A stretch of DNA of 64,000 bases from a virus (IMGVR_UViG_3300035498_000530:96001-160000), one strand, 5' to 3'. Shown: positions 15,001-21,947, numbered from the stretch's first letter. Numbers and translations are program-made. The notes: generated from the letters alone by a model not told the origin.

Positions 15001-18000
15001 GCAATGTTTAACAGTATGAAAAAGACTGATCAAAAAGCTGCTATAAAAGCATCTAAGATATCTAGCTATGGTGATAGAGAATACGGTATGGGCAAGAGAC
15101 CAAGATATGGTACTGCTAAACCTGGTCAAGATAAGATGATGAATTATAGTGGAGTATCTTATAATGCTCCAGGAGATACAATTCGTCAGACTATTGGAGA
15201 TTCTGGTTGTGGTGTTGTAGCTGGTGTAAATGCTGTAAACTCTATAGCAGGAAGTAATCAGGCTAATGTAAAAGATGCAGCTAATATGTCTATTAAGAAT
15301 GGTTTCAAGGAGAAAGATGGCGGCACAAAACCAGCATTCTTTAAGAAATTATTTAAAGATAATGGTATTAGTTCTTCTATGTCTGAAAATAAGAATACTA
15401 TTGAAAGTAACCTTAAGAGCGGAAAACCTACTGTTCTTATGGGTATTAATAAAAATAGTGGTCTTAGAACTCCTTATGGTAGTGAAAATCCACACTATGT
15501 GCTTGCTACTGGTATTGATAAATCTGGTAAAATGATTGTTCAAGATCCTCAAGAATCATCATCTAATCAGAAATTTAATACTAAAGATGTACTTAGTAAG
15601 ACTCAGTTTGGTATTAGTACTAATAATTCTGTATTTGGTACTGGTGATAATGGATATGAGTTTACTCCTAAGAAAGAGTCAGATAGTATTATTGATTATG
15701 GTACTGGTGAAGATACAGTTGGATTTGTTAATCCTATGATCAACGTAGATGATCCTAAATCTGGAACCACTCCTTATGGCGAAATACAAAGAAAATCTGG
15801 TATGGGCGGCGGTGAAATCGGTGATACCGAAACCAATGCTAAGAAGATCTATAAAGTATTGAGTGAACTTGGAGTTCCTGATATTAATATAGCTGGTTGT
15901 CTTGGTAACTGGCAACACGAATCCGGAATCGACCCTACTGGTGTAGAAGGCGTATATACAGAAAAATTCCAGATGGGTCCAAAGAAAACTGCTGCTATGG
16001 CCGATCATGCAAATTATACTCAAAAATTATTTGGTATGTATAAGTTCTCTGTTAACAGAAAAGCTTATATAGGTGATGATGGTCAGTATTGGCCTGGTAT
16101 TGGTCTTGGTGGTTTTACTGGTCCTGCTGCAACGAAGTTAATGAATGATGCAAAATCAAATGGATTAGACTGGTATACAATGGATGAGCAGATTAAATAT
16201 GCTACTAATCCAAGTGTAGGTTATAGACCTGGATTTTTCCAGAAGTGGACAACACCTGCAGCTAGTACTGCAGCAGCAGCTAAATACTTCTTGAATAAAT
16301 GGGAAGGATGCTCTGTAATAGCACTTGACAAGAGACAAGCTAATGCAGCAAATTGGTATAATAAGATGAAAGATAGTAGTTGGGTTAGTGCAGCCAAAGC
16401 AATGGTTATTGGTGGCAATAATAGTTCTTCTTCATCTAGTTCTTCATCATCAGGAAGTGGTGGAATAGTTTCAGTTGATATTAAAGAAGACCTTCTTCCA
16501 AAGAGTAGTCTTCATAGACCTGGAGATTCTATAACACCTACAATGGTTGTAGTTCATTATACAGGTACTCCTGGTGGTACAGCTGCTAATATTAGATCAT
16601 ATTTTGCAAAGGTAGATAAGTCTGTATCTTCACATTATGTAGTAGGTCTTGATGGTGAAATATTAAGACTTATTCCAGAAAATGAAATATCATATGCTAG
16701 TAATGATGAAAATAATACTAGTATTAGTATTGAAACTTGCCATCCAGATGAGACAGGTAAGTTTAATGATGTTACAGAATCAAAACTTATTGATCTTTGT
16801 GCTAATATCTGTGGTAGACACAATTTCAATCCAGAAAGTGCTATTATAAGGCATTATGACTGTCATAAGAATGGTACTCCATATCAGAAGTGCTGTCCAA
16901 GATGGTGGTCACCAAATGGTCCTAATAAGAATGCTGATGCAGACTTTGCTGCATTCAAAGCTAAAGTTAAAGCAAAGATGGATGAAGCTGCAGCTTCTGG
17001 TAGTAGTTCATCAAGTTCAACTACAGAAACTAAGTCTACTCCAACTACAATTTATGATAAAGCATTTGCTCCATTTACAGAACTGGCTTCAAAGATTACA
17101 ACTGAATCTGGTAATGTTGCTACTTCTTTGGGCAAAGCATTTGGTGAAGATGTATTTGGATCTGACTTGTTGGCTGAACTTGGTATTAGCGGAAGCTCTA
17201 CTAAGACTGAAACAACAACAGAATCTACAACAACAGATAGTACATCAACAAGTGGTAGTGCAGCTGGCAAAATTCCAGATGGTACTGCAGATGCATTGCA
17301 GGATTGGGCATTCTATAGACAAGGTGATCCACGTTGGAAAGCAAAACCATATTCTGGTGGTACATATAGTAGTAGTGCATGTGGACCAACATCATTTGCT
17401 ATGATTACAACTGGTCTTCTTGGTAATAGATACTATCCTACAGAATTCCCTCCAAAATACGGAACAACTGTCGGTACAACAGATCATAGTGGTTTTGCAA
17501 GAGCTGGTAAAGATTATGGTATTGAACAGACAGCTACTTGGGGTAGTAATGGCCCTAATAGTGTTCTTACTGATACTGGTTTGAAACAGTATAAATCTGA
17601 GATTGATGCTGGACATCCGGTAATCTTTAGTGGTACTAAATGGTCATCAGGTGATAGAGGAACTGGATCATCACCTTTCACTAGTGCTGGTCACTTTGTA
17701 GTTTCACAAGGTTATATATCTGACTCTAGTGGAAATATAAAGGGTATTATTATTAATGACCCTGCTAATAAGTCTGGTGTATATGAAAACCTTGCTGCTA
17801 TGAAACAAGATACTAAGAAAGCATTTGCATTCACATTATCTGATAAATCTAAAGCTCCTACACCTAGTAGTGGTGATAGTCCATTCCCATCATGTCAGAC
17901 AGTTAAGGGTGCTTGGGCTACAGGAACTGCAAGTACATCAACAGATTCTTCAAATTCAGGTACCACTTCAACAAAGAAAGCATCTGAATGGTTTACTAGT

Positions 18001-18999
18001 CTTGAAGGATTTAATAATGTTTCTTCAGGATATGGTCCTAGAAATATTGGTAATGGTAATGAATTCCATAATGGTATTGATATTGCTGCTGCTAAAAATG
18101 CTAAGATCAGAACTCCTATAGGAGGAACAATAGAACTTTATAGAACAGAAGCACAATCTAATGGTTATGGTAATGAAGCTGTTCTTAAAGATGCTAAAGG
18201 TATGTATCACTGGTTCTGCCATATGACATCTAGTGCCGTTAAGCAGGGAGATACAGTTAAGGCTAATGATATAATTGGTTATGTCGGTAGCACTGGTCAG
18301 AGTACTGGTAACCATTTACATTATACAATTTCATCACAGCCAAAAGGAAACCATTCAACAGGCGGCGATATAGATCCTGATACATATAGTTACACTTCAG
18401 CGGCTAGTGGTACAGGAAAGAAGAACAATATCGTTACTGCTGGTATGGGTGTTAAGAAAGCTATATATGGTTTAGGAAAACTTACTCCAGAGCAAGCTTT
18501 GAATATAGATACTACAGCAACCGAACCTTCTGGCTCAGACTCTATAACACCATATAGTAGTCTTAGTAGTCAAGATAAGAAAGTTGTAAATGAATATGAT
18601 AAGATGCCTGGACACAAGAATTATAATGCATCATCATTCAACCATATTAACTCCAGTCCAACTGCAGTTGGTGGTAGTACATATGATGGTATTGATTATA
18701 CTGGATTGCTTAATATGGTTATCAGCCTTCTTCAGCAGATAACTAATAATACAAGCCAGTTGTCAAATCTTACAACTATAATAGACTTGCTTTCACAGCA
18801 ATTTGATATTGCAGTAGCTACAAGTTCAGAAGATACAGATAAGATTTCTAAATTAAATCAGATTAAGAAGAAACTTAAAGAAATTCAAGGTAGAAGTGCG
18901 ACTACGAATCAAGGATCTTCAACTGGATTTGGAAATTCTTTAATGAATCAAGATATGGAATACTTAATGACTGCAATGAGCTCAATTGCTACAACTTAA
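1..18999 (+). CDS. Giant tape-measure-like tail protein with C-terminal peptidoglycan hydrolases (5'-truncated by window edge)
   Basis: Frame is open from base 1 (VNNGGIFLGD...LEK) into the ATG at 94, so the start probably lies upstream. It has 11-residue helical repeats, HAxGG/YAxGG motifs and Gly-zipper hydrophobic segments (~2900-3400, ~11730-11860). C-terminal domains: C39-like (DSGCG..PHYV..QDP, ~15130-15620), tail lysozyme (GNWQHESG..GIGLGGFTG, ~15835-16375), Amidase_2 (VVHYT..SSHY..SIE..RHYD..CP, ~16470-16980), second C39-like (YRQGDPRW..SACGPTS..GHFV..NDP, ~17300-17840) and M23 (HNGID..HLH, ~17980-18390). Confidence 0.85.
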   Translation, partial: VNNGGIFLGDNSDAENLEARIKAVLDYDLEKMAKENKKKAFKDYKDEYRNDNFIVKQIDEIILDREKKARKEDFNVEGTSRDANRDSVPKDKKDLLKMAGEIVKQPSKWVEDVLTATEGRIYNLFFGKQQKLDETGKPIEGLGERIAYEFRQVWNKVSETFQEKFIDPLREKLGLDEDESLFRGILRKLGLEDAVYGEEGIWTQTKEQLQAAGKWVMDQLEGTYKDIKKVIDPNADKKGVSEETQTATTDVESIKKEMGDIQEQYNTANETIINSIHDMAENNAERFQQLVDELYDGENGDLTKAKKAHSAAVTDISKYDSKTIEALKSKYAGTVKAGKNGNEIFDYKQMMGAYNSLLSTDQSDEANAVRQWYSNVMDTKKQVNIQKKNKENMKNLMDNYQAYQAYDEKANNRRKTLENIESSKGLRPEEAEELKRLQSQASKSKGYEAAISKLRSNTDISSKMAKESDALKNDDIKALLAELLKSRKKDGSYDENAMKKYQDSVEKNSKAQEEKLDKILENIDINKSGIKNQKKRYKSGAIDKETYDSSVEGLRKQIDDLTEQYNNMLSSSGVAAVKTKKDKKAEYDKKLKELQEAETKRKIEANIDRIQKMGGEDFERYVTSIRAIKGYASKVGIKYDDKDFENPDSAQRAIERIIKESTTKIGKKGITLNDHNKAKQVAEQAISSRNNIKQDTSGIQNILDVQGIFEKLGLKDSEEDDEKTAEKKKSNRSSLADHIFNNLGTNIAEIGEDTIFNLFKGFKKDDFFTGEGKKKKKQKVNGFDWDFVKDIQEKFKPAEPESHANGGVIGGKVLATLSKGERVQYGNSKSVVKDTGLYALKPGGVVHPNADKNQRNSNLKKENSLISAIKRYAFGGPIEDDSINNDKTDSLLEQQFELERAAKEEKEERKKFKSKVNPDDTLVGQTIDTARQGIDAVFNALFDPGDDKRLKEASADVFENIREYAPSGLAGGIIGGGIGLLVGGPLLAAAGGAAIGIAKRSDKVKNWLFGEIGDDGERSGGVISKDTQQTLKKYVPDISKYGVTGAIAGLLTPFGPVGGLMIGSAVAWAKNNDEIRNSLFGDTDGLLNKERREKIKKAFPNIALATLGFVIGGPFGGILPNAVLGAGLGLVSTTDQFKEAIFGKEDENGERQGGLLGVLKDNVIEPLKDFAANLKDDVTDFVIEHMIDPLKQAIQPIAKQAAVITKTVFSSMGRAIGWIYDKTLASPIGVFVKEKIIDPASNIVKKLFNAAIAPAKFVLSAPSKAIGFIGDKLRNRQINKGNADYMTASERLEYRDRKPRRNKGLFGKADKYEQVDQMLADADVEQLESIKKNIEYSQMGDKQLKKKQREFKKDIFNDVNEYFDDKHEFAIGTKQRSKLVRLIQKGDSAKAIKLLGTFKGKDGQKLDRSEIENLVGKFKESGKAMKNLKANRESWGQMRKEGKQNLKALGVKDFSGDYLDKLLSYTKTELKDRKENGGVEEATGKGTLTGKFFEDVTSKNTDRVIESINNLTEKMEYFTEHWEEGYVDSGNKLVDAKNRAALKRFDKMNIKAEDKLMGKLQKYEDTVTEVLKNTVGLSDKEIASLDRDALTNGTLIKFVKPFILDGTAARNKPMITYLFSKEGKKIHENKTNYARAKGMLKKDAYTSVGDLENALKLTDNQFNRFYGMMDKTNLYATDSNKKMNDAYEKKIGRALTKEDKRSKDYDEFTNRFRSEQTYTDLAGKIAMNRDYNGAADDSWKKFGKDVPTVPRMFEHADRAVEAAVVKPVKGIGKALGGISNALFGKKSEDRGSIVSGDPKFFKRLQEAGIIKDYNDHNVHELLNFKKNKKKWLKKADAVIGGKMSLEDALKGAIERKAEGGIIGDETYGVFSPEDKPYATKQNIQAFQDGILSQIAKFDDIKKYAEGGTVEGIIEGASSDEKKSDKEKTGILNDLLSKVKGFNIGGKKKSSEEEKEKKPKAKSYVQTVFDSMGRAKNYFIKKPAADDKAPDVDLMKDSATNETLKEEEAEQNESRGLFSRLGDRLSGIGDWLKAAILPEDAEDKYAGLKSFLLKAFLGATALGALPHLYNLYKDKVVPAVQGLYQNVMVPFYEDKIKPFWNEHVTPWFKEKVDTVIDKLHNIWEGIKAVPRTILDFFSNGFLPWFTGNNGNSEYVMVGDKLKLMTFPYIIRKKIIPYYVGGFSFLIKNVIPAVWSVAKQVLPDMLNAAFQGFRNLMAIDLTDVFSTKSAKKHSTMDKENNTENQGKADDNDKLFYFGNFSKEYESDFGSSSDKTKVLEKNKKGSTLSSSSLFDDIHASVDVNNSGGGSTSYDSSSSSYDSGGTGSGEGEGDTDFVPEGMTKEEYEAEIAENAKFKKDTHKTLGGTILYGLFRNFMTGGLYGAGASKVLKPVSNLLGKIPGVGTFVSGGVNKSLDAFDAVGNAGKKTQDKIKEWITGKAEKNVEKEAAEGASKESAEQAAKEAAEKAAKEAEEKAAKESAEKASKEAAEKAAKEYAEKTAKEAAGKTAKEEAESAAKKASTKAAKEAAEKAAEAKALAGAGKEAAEKASENALNESIESTAKLASERVKTAYSRMDTWTYEYFSKNGYGFSDYILANGLADSDERNKMFANLYSSSEDFRNALEKSYGDDEIFKNYIGDLKNSVSKNSDKAVNKVSSEVIDDAAKKAYDDVISQSKSLLSDTFKNSVSGDAETAFGDYVLSNGLGSTPESRASFFNLYNNSEDFRKTLEKTYGDSKSYKDFIAPYETHRVKLQNQLDEVAKQREIINATKEKAQKEVEYQRMREAAEAAKKKAEGAEKSVWGVYKESAEGAAKETAETAAKETAETTAKETAEAAAKEAAEDIGKNKGLLGAVSDKVKGSFGQIGKDIKGSFTQTFEDIKGIGTKTKGAAESVLGFGKETAGAIGEAGSEFGRSIKGAASDVAGDVTRIGQSVKEFGTGAKNTVEAFGKAVKGNNAVGEATYAARQKLREIDPNLLKSLNGDELKDAITLMNQRDVEKLTELVESKGLSVSKDNLSNIMTKGNTIDKLWTSKRFDKNASKLNNIITNMEEGQSSDLMSSIYGAFKDDKEGLSKILKDSGLDDKSAGIILNAQESKVTKKLGQGFGTQSAKGDLLESVMTNLRDDPDTLKEILGNSGLDDKQINKILDTRSITQKAKDAVTGGIETIGNKAKSGAEFVGNKVKGGAEWVGNKAKSGAEFVGNKVKGGAEWVGNKAKSGAEFVGNKVKGGAEWVGNKAKDGLSIVKDQLETIGTNIKSALEPVSKTVKEAFEKVSTNVKNITETVSKTAKDAFEKLGKNVKNITETVSKATKETLEKASKSIKSGAEIAGNFIKEKAGNIKAGAEAIGSKVKSGAEAAGKAIKEGAEKAKAGVNAVKEKAGKIAEDVANSDAVKAMKNAAENVQDLAAGTKDMISGISEDMKSVAKDSKSVVEEATKSTNIVEGASDVINTTTKNIDDVTKVAAENASEIASAATSEVDDVIKNAAENAPETAANAAKNNADDVVKNATKEADDVAKAAKGKTDDIIKGATEGADDVVKAAKGQTDDIVKTAAENADDIAKAAKGQTDNILKGAESTITSGAESALDVAKSQMDNAAEAIAGSSATDVLKDAASAAEAAASNSKSLLDDVAKGAVDIVENANIGTEVANVAKEALESGSKETVEAAAKEAVEHGTEELIETGSGGVIKKFMTFIKDGFAKLAKNPKVAKALGKEGAEGMEKFAEAAAKEAAEQGSKQLTKEAEKKLSVKMATWLASGGLINLGFAVVDFLNGYNDAAAILGIDKPDVVSKVLAGTYNAAKNFFMLTALIPDSVVFTLLQDYLCPAFGIDTTEWQNAQDSAEQDWLNYNHKMGFSHTETNENGEEEEVIDNEEGYLSKEDYLRKKNDNAWNKGKRALSETVGKVTSKVADTYKNNAKGAAIGAGVGAIAGGAIGAALGGPLGAAIGGAAGAALGSLGGAFISDFCKKNEGVPYYPVNGNGSYYLVTNGKVEQYSSTGEKIEGLPEVTPEELLQMETNGEVTAGATIVKESKAASLSTKFAEFTEKHKALWTAASVAIGIANPALGAAMLAAPKVIKAFKSKSGYPYYLSDGTYFVQDGETVRYFSSAGEEIEGFNFRKEIMDNGWIENADSTQLGKMSDGELLGILIKSGAVKQGDKVIKFEKSTVGKAFDKVAEAGKKYWNKLMEFEDKHPLLAAAINTLNPTVGILRAVTAFKAKKGYPYYISELQDGEYFVLDGDKVRYFSATGEEVEDFNFREWALENYEDASSDGNLKKKLSSMTEEEILMSMANTGQLTRGDKKVTIEKSRVAKSWDKIKDTIKKAWDVANKTAEMTDEEFNKYIKDKGLGGQIAAVGLRCFGKIKNGLKNFFTSDKEDGFINVQDGTGYIIKDDGTVEVYSKSGEKMGDVTLTEDEIYDMRTSGLVTVGKVTTRESGLGKLWGKVTEKVGELWNDAKDYVSKTYEEYGVIGGTMKIYKDARKKFFQGAFGIDETLKAGECFVAMDGTFYAEDDTPGNWSHYDLNGRKVGVKTYTQEEINGMISQGLLTKSTEKKTIKKDSNFMAVAKKLTLKLADAWDAGKEHLSAMLKDTELGYFLQEAKKGITGWFGTHTVDGAYVAPDGSYYVELESGVVEYYNIQGNKLKNLTKEEFSSMKGLLQYMTPEEAKEAGFTSAMTQDAAGASMWGELGTRIRGTFEKGFKKAYEFFDNLGEGISDWAINLSESLSIAGDSAWVTTYGDYYMKGSSGEWIRYNVTGSVIEKGVDAGVVEKMIERGALTEKKDVHPIKDAIGGFWDDLTTNVADWMEGIATAAKEAWKTAVDGITAWFKNTFQSKSDRINESVVAANLKGTYIDATGVLYKPGSNGNFTMYNAVGANIGTCTANDMADKLTSGQLTEAKSTDTVESRKKTAQDNATKAATDTAGSFNSTATETSTGTGNIFSKMKTKFKSLFGSGKGDSTYNITYQYGTGNPRIRYGKAKYGMGASARVAGEAPDDVAGEIGNVEVVAAAMFNSMKKTDQKAAIKASKISSYGDREYGMGKRPRYGTAKPGQDKMMNYSGVSYNAPGDTIRQTIGDSGCGVVAGVNAVNSIAGSNQANVKDAANMSIKNGFKEKDGGTKPAFFKKLFKDNGISSSMSENKNTIESNLKSGKPTVLMGINKNSGLRTPYGSENPHYVLATGIDKSGKMIVQDPQESSSNQKFNTKDVLSKTQFGISTNNSVFGTGDNGYEFTPKKESDSIIDYGTGEDTVGFVNPMINVDDPKSGTTPYGEIQRKSGMGGGEIGDTETNAKKIYKVLSELGVPDINIAGCLGNWQHESGIDPTGVEGVYTEKFQMGPKKTAAMADHANYTQKLFGMYKFSVNRKAYIGDDGQYWPGIGLGGFTGPAATKLMNDAKSNGLDWYTMDEQIKYATNPSVGYRPGFFQKWTTPAASTAAAAKYFLNKWEGCSVIALDKRQANAANWYNKMKDSSWVSAAKAMVIGGNNSSSSSSSSSSGSGGIVSVDIKEDLLPKSSLHRPGDSITPTMVVVHYTGTPGGTAANIRSYFAKVDKSVSSHYVVGLDGEILRLIPENEISYASNDENNTSISIETCHPDETGKFNDVTESKLIDLCANICGRHNFNPESAIIRHYDCHKNGTPYQKCCPRWWSPNGPNKNADADFAAFKAKVKAKMDEAAASGSSSSSSTTETKSTPTTIYDKAFAPFTELASKITTESGNVATSLGKAFGEDVFGSDLLAELGISGSSTKTETTTESTTTDSTSTSGSAAGKIPDGTADALQDWAFYRQGDPRWKAKPYSGGTYSSSACGPTSFAMITTGLLGNRYYPTEFPPKYGTTVGTTDHSGFARAGKDYGIEQTATWGSNGPNSVLTDTGLKQYKSEIDAGHPVIFSGTKWSSGDRGTGSSPFTSAGHFVVSQGYISDSSGNIKGIIINDPANKSGVYENLAAMKQDTKKAFAFTLSDKSKAPTPSSGDSPFPSCQTVKGAWATGTASTSTDSSNSGTTSTKKASEWFTSLEGFNNVSSGYGPRNIGNGNEFHNGIDIAAAKNAKIRTPIGGTIELYRTEAQSNGYGNEAVLKDAKGMYHWFCHMTSSAVKQGDTVKANDIIGYVGSTGQSTGNHLHYTISSQPKGNHSTGGDIDPDTYSYTSAASGTGKKNNIVTAGMGVKKAIYGLGKLTPEQALNIDTTATEPSGSDSITPYSSLSSQDKKVVNEYDKMPGHKNYNASSFNHINSSPTAVGGSTYDGIDYTGLLNMVISLLQQITNNTSQLSNLTTIIDLLSQQFDIAVATSSEDTDKISKLNQIKKKLKEIQGRSATTNQGSSTGFGNSLMNQDMEYLMTAMSSIATT
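7321..7640 (+). repeat. Degenerate 24-bp coding tandem repeat (AAKEAAEK-like octapeptides)
   Basis: Repeated gctgccaaagaagccgcagaaaaa-like units encoding an Ala/Glu/Lys helix. Confidence 0.8.
8425..8520 (+). repeat. 4 x 24-bp coding tandem repeat (AAKETAET)
   Basis: gcagctaaagaaacagcagaaact-like unit seen four times. Confidence 0.85.
9491..9705 (+). repeat. 3.3 x perfect 66-bp coding tandem repeat (GNKAKSGAEFVGNKVKGGAEWV)
   Basis: Identical units at 9491, 9557 and 9623 plus a partial unit at 9689. An aromatic residue falls every 11 aa. Confidence 0.95.
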
Positions 19000-19008
19000 T
19001 ATAAATGT

Positions 19009-19038
19009 GTTGGGAAGGTACATGAGTACCTTCCCAAC
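19009..19038 (+). terminator. Hairpin after the giant gene (terminator or processing stem)
   Basis: gttgggaaggta-catgag-taccttcccaac, a 12-bp perfect stem with only a weak U-tract. Confidence 0.6.
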
Positions 19039-19067
19039 TATATATTAAATAAAAGGAGGTGCTTCGC

Positions 19068-21887
19068 ATGGCAGAAGTCAAAATTCCTGATAGTAAATTA
19101 ATGAAGAATACCAGAACGTATGTTACAACAGGTAGCGATGATATTTATATATACTATGATGGAGATGGATCACAAAAGACAGGACGATATATAAGTGCTG
19201 GTCAGACTATCATGGTATATACTGATACAGAAACTTCTAATGGTTATGTATTTTTAACTACAAAATTAGGATGGGTTAGTTTAATAGATGGAAATCTTAT
19301 GGGTAAAGATATTATAGATAGTCATATAGAGACTGTCAATTATACCCTTAAGGTAACAAGAGATGAAGTACAAGTACACAGTTCTCCGGGCGAAGGATAT
19401 TCTGTAACTCGTACACTTAATACTGGAGATAATTTTAAATGTACACAGAAATATGTAAATCCAGATAGTGGAGCAACATGGTATAGAATAGAAGATAGTG
19501 AAGAATGGGTATACTCATTATATCTTACTAAAACTAATACTATAGATCTTAAATCAGATTCTCTCGGAGTATCAAAACCGGCTACAATTGAATCTGGTGT
19601 AAAAAAGTTTGATAGTACAATGCTTGTACTTTGTGGATATACTCAAAACTTGAGAACATATCCTAGTATGGAATCTGGTACAGCATTAAAAGGATCAGTA
19701 ACCAATGGTCAACAATATATAGTATCTTATTTATGCGATAGTTCAGATGGTACATGGTATTATCTTGCTGATGGTAGTGGTTGGTTTTGTGCAACTTATG
19801 GAGAAAATGAAATAAGTACAATTATCACTGCTTGTAATGAAGAAGGCAAGATAGATAATATGTACTTAGTAACTGCCGATACATTGAACTTTAGATCAGA
19901 TCATGATGGATCTAAAGAAGATAATATCCTCGGTAAGTTCTATAAAGGTGATAAAATCACTATATTAGATACATATACTAAAAAATATGGTGACGAAGTA
20001 ATAGAAGAATGGGTAAAAACAACCGGAAAGAATAATAAAGGAGAAACAGTTACAGGTTGGGTATGTATAAATTATAAAGGTACGTCTAATGTATCTAATG
20101 ATGCTATGGCTTTGAATACTCCTAGTGACCTGTATGTAGCTAATGAACAGATTACTACATATGCAGAACCAGGTGGCACTGTAGTTGGTACTATTCTTAA
20201 AGGCGACGATTTGACTCTTACTGGCGAAAGTAAGGTTATTAAAGTTAAAGATGAAAAAGGTAAAGAAACAGAAGTTACGTATTTAAAAACTGCATCTGGT
20301 ACATGGATTGTTGCTAATAAAGATGCATATACACAATATACTCAAGAAACATATATTGCTAAATTACAAGCAATGCAAAATAGAGCAGATGCAGAAGCAT
20401 TAGTAGCATTAAATGAAGATATAGTTGATTTTACTGATTTTGAAACCAGTATGGGTAAACTTAGGGTTAAAGATACATATGCTGTATTAGGATCACCATA
20501 TCAGTTTAATAGATTAGCAGATTATAGAATAGATGAAGATAACTATAAGTTTGGTAGGGTATATGCTGATAAAATTGTAACCAAATTTCCTATGCTTATA
20601 CTTATGCCTGGTATCCCTACATTCATGGGTGATGCGTCTACAGAAGAACAGAAGAAAGGTCTTCTTGAGACTATTAAATCTGCTTATACTGTAGAGAAAA
20701 TGACAGATGATTTTTTAGGAAAGGAAACAAGATTCTACACATTATCTCAAGCATTTGATGACTACTTTAATTATGTAAATCCATTGTGTAGGGCTGGAGC
20801 TTTCTTCTTAGGTATAGAAGATACAAAGATATCTTTCGGTAAAGAGAACTCTCCATTGAAATCTTTCAACTGGCAAAATATATACACAGAGGGCGTATTC
20901 CAAGAAGTATTTAGTGGTATGGCCAACTGTGTATCATTCTTTGTAAGTTCTGAAGTTACTGTATCAGACTCATGGTCTAACTCAACAGCAGAACCATCAT
21001 TTGCATCTAATATGGATAGTATATCAGAACAGGCTAGAGAAATAAACTATCTTATTGGTAACGTAAATGCATCAGCCGGTGGTACATTTGACGATGTGCT
21101 TAAAGAATTTGGTTTGTCTGAAGAAGTAAACATATCAAATCTTGAAGAAAATATTAATAGTATTATCAATGGATCTTTCTTAAAGAATACATCTGTTGGT
21201 GGTATATTAAAGACAGCATCTAAACAAGCATCTGGTCTTATTCAGGGTGCTAAAATGATATTCCCAGAACTTTGGTCAGATTCTAGTTATGGTTCAGAAC
21301 ACTCTGTAACTATGAAGTTTATGACACCAGATGGAGATAAACTTAGTTGGTTTATGAATTGCTGGGTTCCAATGTGCTTCTTAATAGCACTTGTTGCTCC
21401 TAGAACACTTACTTCAATGCATATGTATCATTCTCCATTTATAGTAAATGCTAATTATAAGAGCCAGTTTAGCTGTCCTATGGGAATTATAACATCATTG
21501 ACATTCTCCAAAGGACAAGAAGGTGCATGGACTATAGATGGCCTTCCTACGGTTGTAGAAGTAAGTTTATCTATAAAAGAATTATATACATCATTTGCTA
21601 TTACATCAGCTATGGCCGATTCTAAAGATCTTGGTATTACTAAGACTACTCTTGGTGGTTTGGTTACAAATGCATTTATGAATAATAACTTGCTTATGGA
21701 TTATATAGCAAATTCCTGCGGTATCAATATTAATGAACCTGACTTGGAAAGAGATTTTAAGATGTGGAAATCTTTCCAGATAACAAATAAAATTGAAGAT
21801 ACTATAGATAATGTATTCGGACGATTAAGATCATTCTTTACAGCAAAGGCTGTAAATATCTTGAATGGTATATTCAAGAAAGTGTAA
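19068..21887 (+). CDS. Baseplate/tail-tube-cap-like protein with N-terminal SH3b-like cell-wall-binding repeats
   Basis: About 5 SH3b-like units (e.g. LNFRS..GKFYKGDKITIL..WVK..GWV). The C-terminal PELWSDSSY and GLPTVVEVSLSIKELY motifs resemble tube-initiator folds. The ATG at 19068 follows AAGGAGG; the GTG at 19059 lies inside the RBS. Confidence 0.6.
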   Translation: MAEVKIPDSKLMKNTRTYVTTGSDDIYIYYDGDGSQKTGRYISAGQTIMVYTDTETSNGYVFLTTKLGWVSLIDGNLMGKDIIDSHIETVNYTLKVTRDEVQVHSSPGEGYSVTRTLNTGDNFKCTQKYVNPDSGATWYRIEDSEEWVYSLYLTKTNTIDLKSDSLGVSKPATIESGVKKFDSTMLVLCGYTQNLRTYPSMESGTALKGSVTNGQQYIVSYLCDSSDGTWYYLADGSGWFCATYGENEISTIITACNEEGKIDNMYLVTADTLNFRSDHDGSKEDNILGKFYKGDKITILDTYTKKYGDEVIEEWVKTTGKNNKGETVTGWVCINYKGTSNVSNDAMALNTPSDLYVANEQITTYAEPGGTVVGTILKGDDLTLTGESKVIKVKDEKGKETEVTYLKTASGTWIVANKDAYTQYTQETYIAKLQAMQNRADAEALVALNEDIVDFTDFETSMGKLRVKDTYAVLGSPYQFNRLADYRIDEDNYKFGRVYADKIVTKFPMLILMPGIPTFMGDASTEEQKKGLLETIKSAYTVEKMTDDFLGKETRFYTLSQAFDDYFNYVNPLCRAGAFFLGIEDTKISFGKENSPLKSFNWQNIYTEGVFQEVFSGMANCVSFFVSSEVTVSDSWSNSTAEPSFASNMDSISEQAREINYLIGNVNASAGGTFDDVLKEFGLSEEVNISNLEENINSIINGSFLKNTSVGGILKTASKQASGLIQGAKMIFPELWSDSSYGSEHSVTMKFMTPDGDKLSWFMNCWVPMCFLIALVAPRTLTSMHMYHSPFIVNANYKSQFSCPMGIITSLTFSKGQEGAWTIDGLPTVVEVSLSIKELYTSFAITSAMADSKDLGITKTTLGGLVTNAFMNNNLLMDYIANSCGININEPDLERDFKMWKSFQITNKIEDTIDNVFGRLRSFFTAKAVNILNGIFKKV

Positions 21888-21907
21888 TAGATTATATAAA
21901 AAATAAC

Positions 21908-21947
21908 TAAAGATTAAAGGTATTAACGCCTTTAATCTTTATTTTTT
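21908..21947 (+). terminator. Intrinsic terminator
   Basis: taaagattaaagg / cctttaatcttta stem followed by tttttt. Confidence 0.7.

Noticed and set aside
523-18315. Numerous antisense and alternate-frame ORFs inside the giant gene (up to 294 aa)
   Set aside because: They are shadows of biased codon usage in Ala/Lys/Glu-rich repeats, with no RBS or promoter support.
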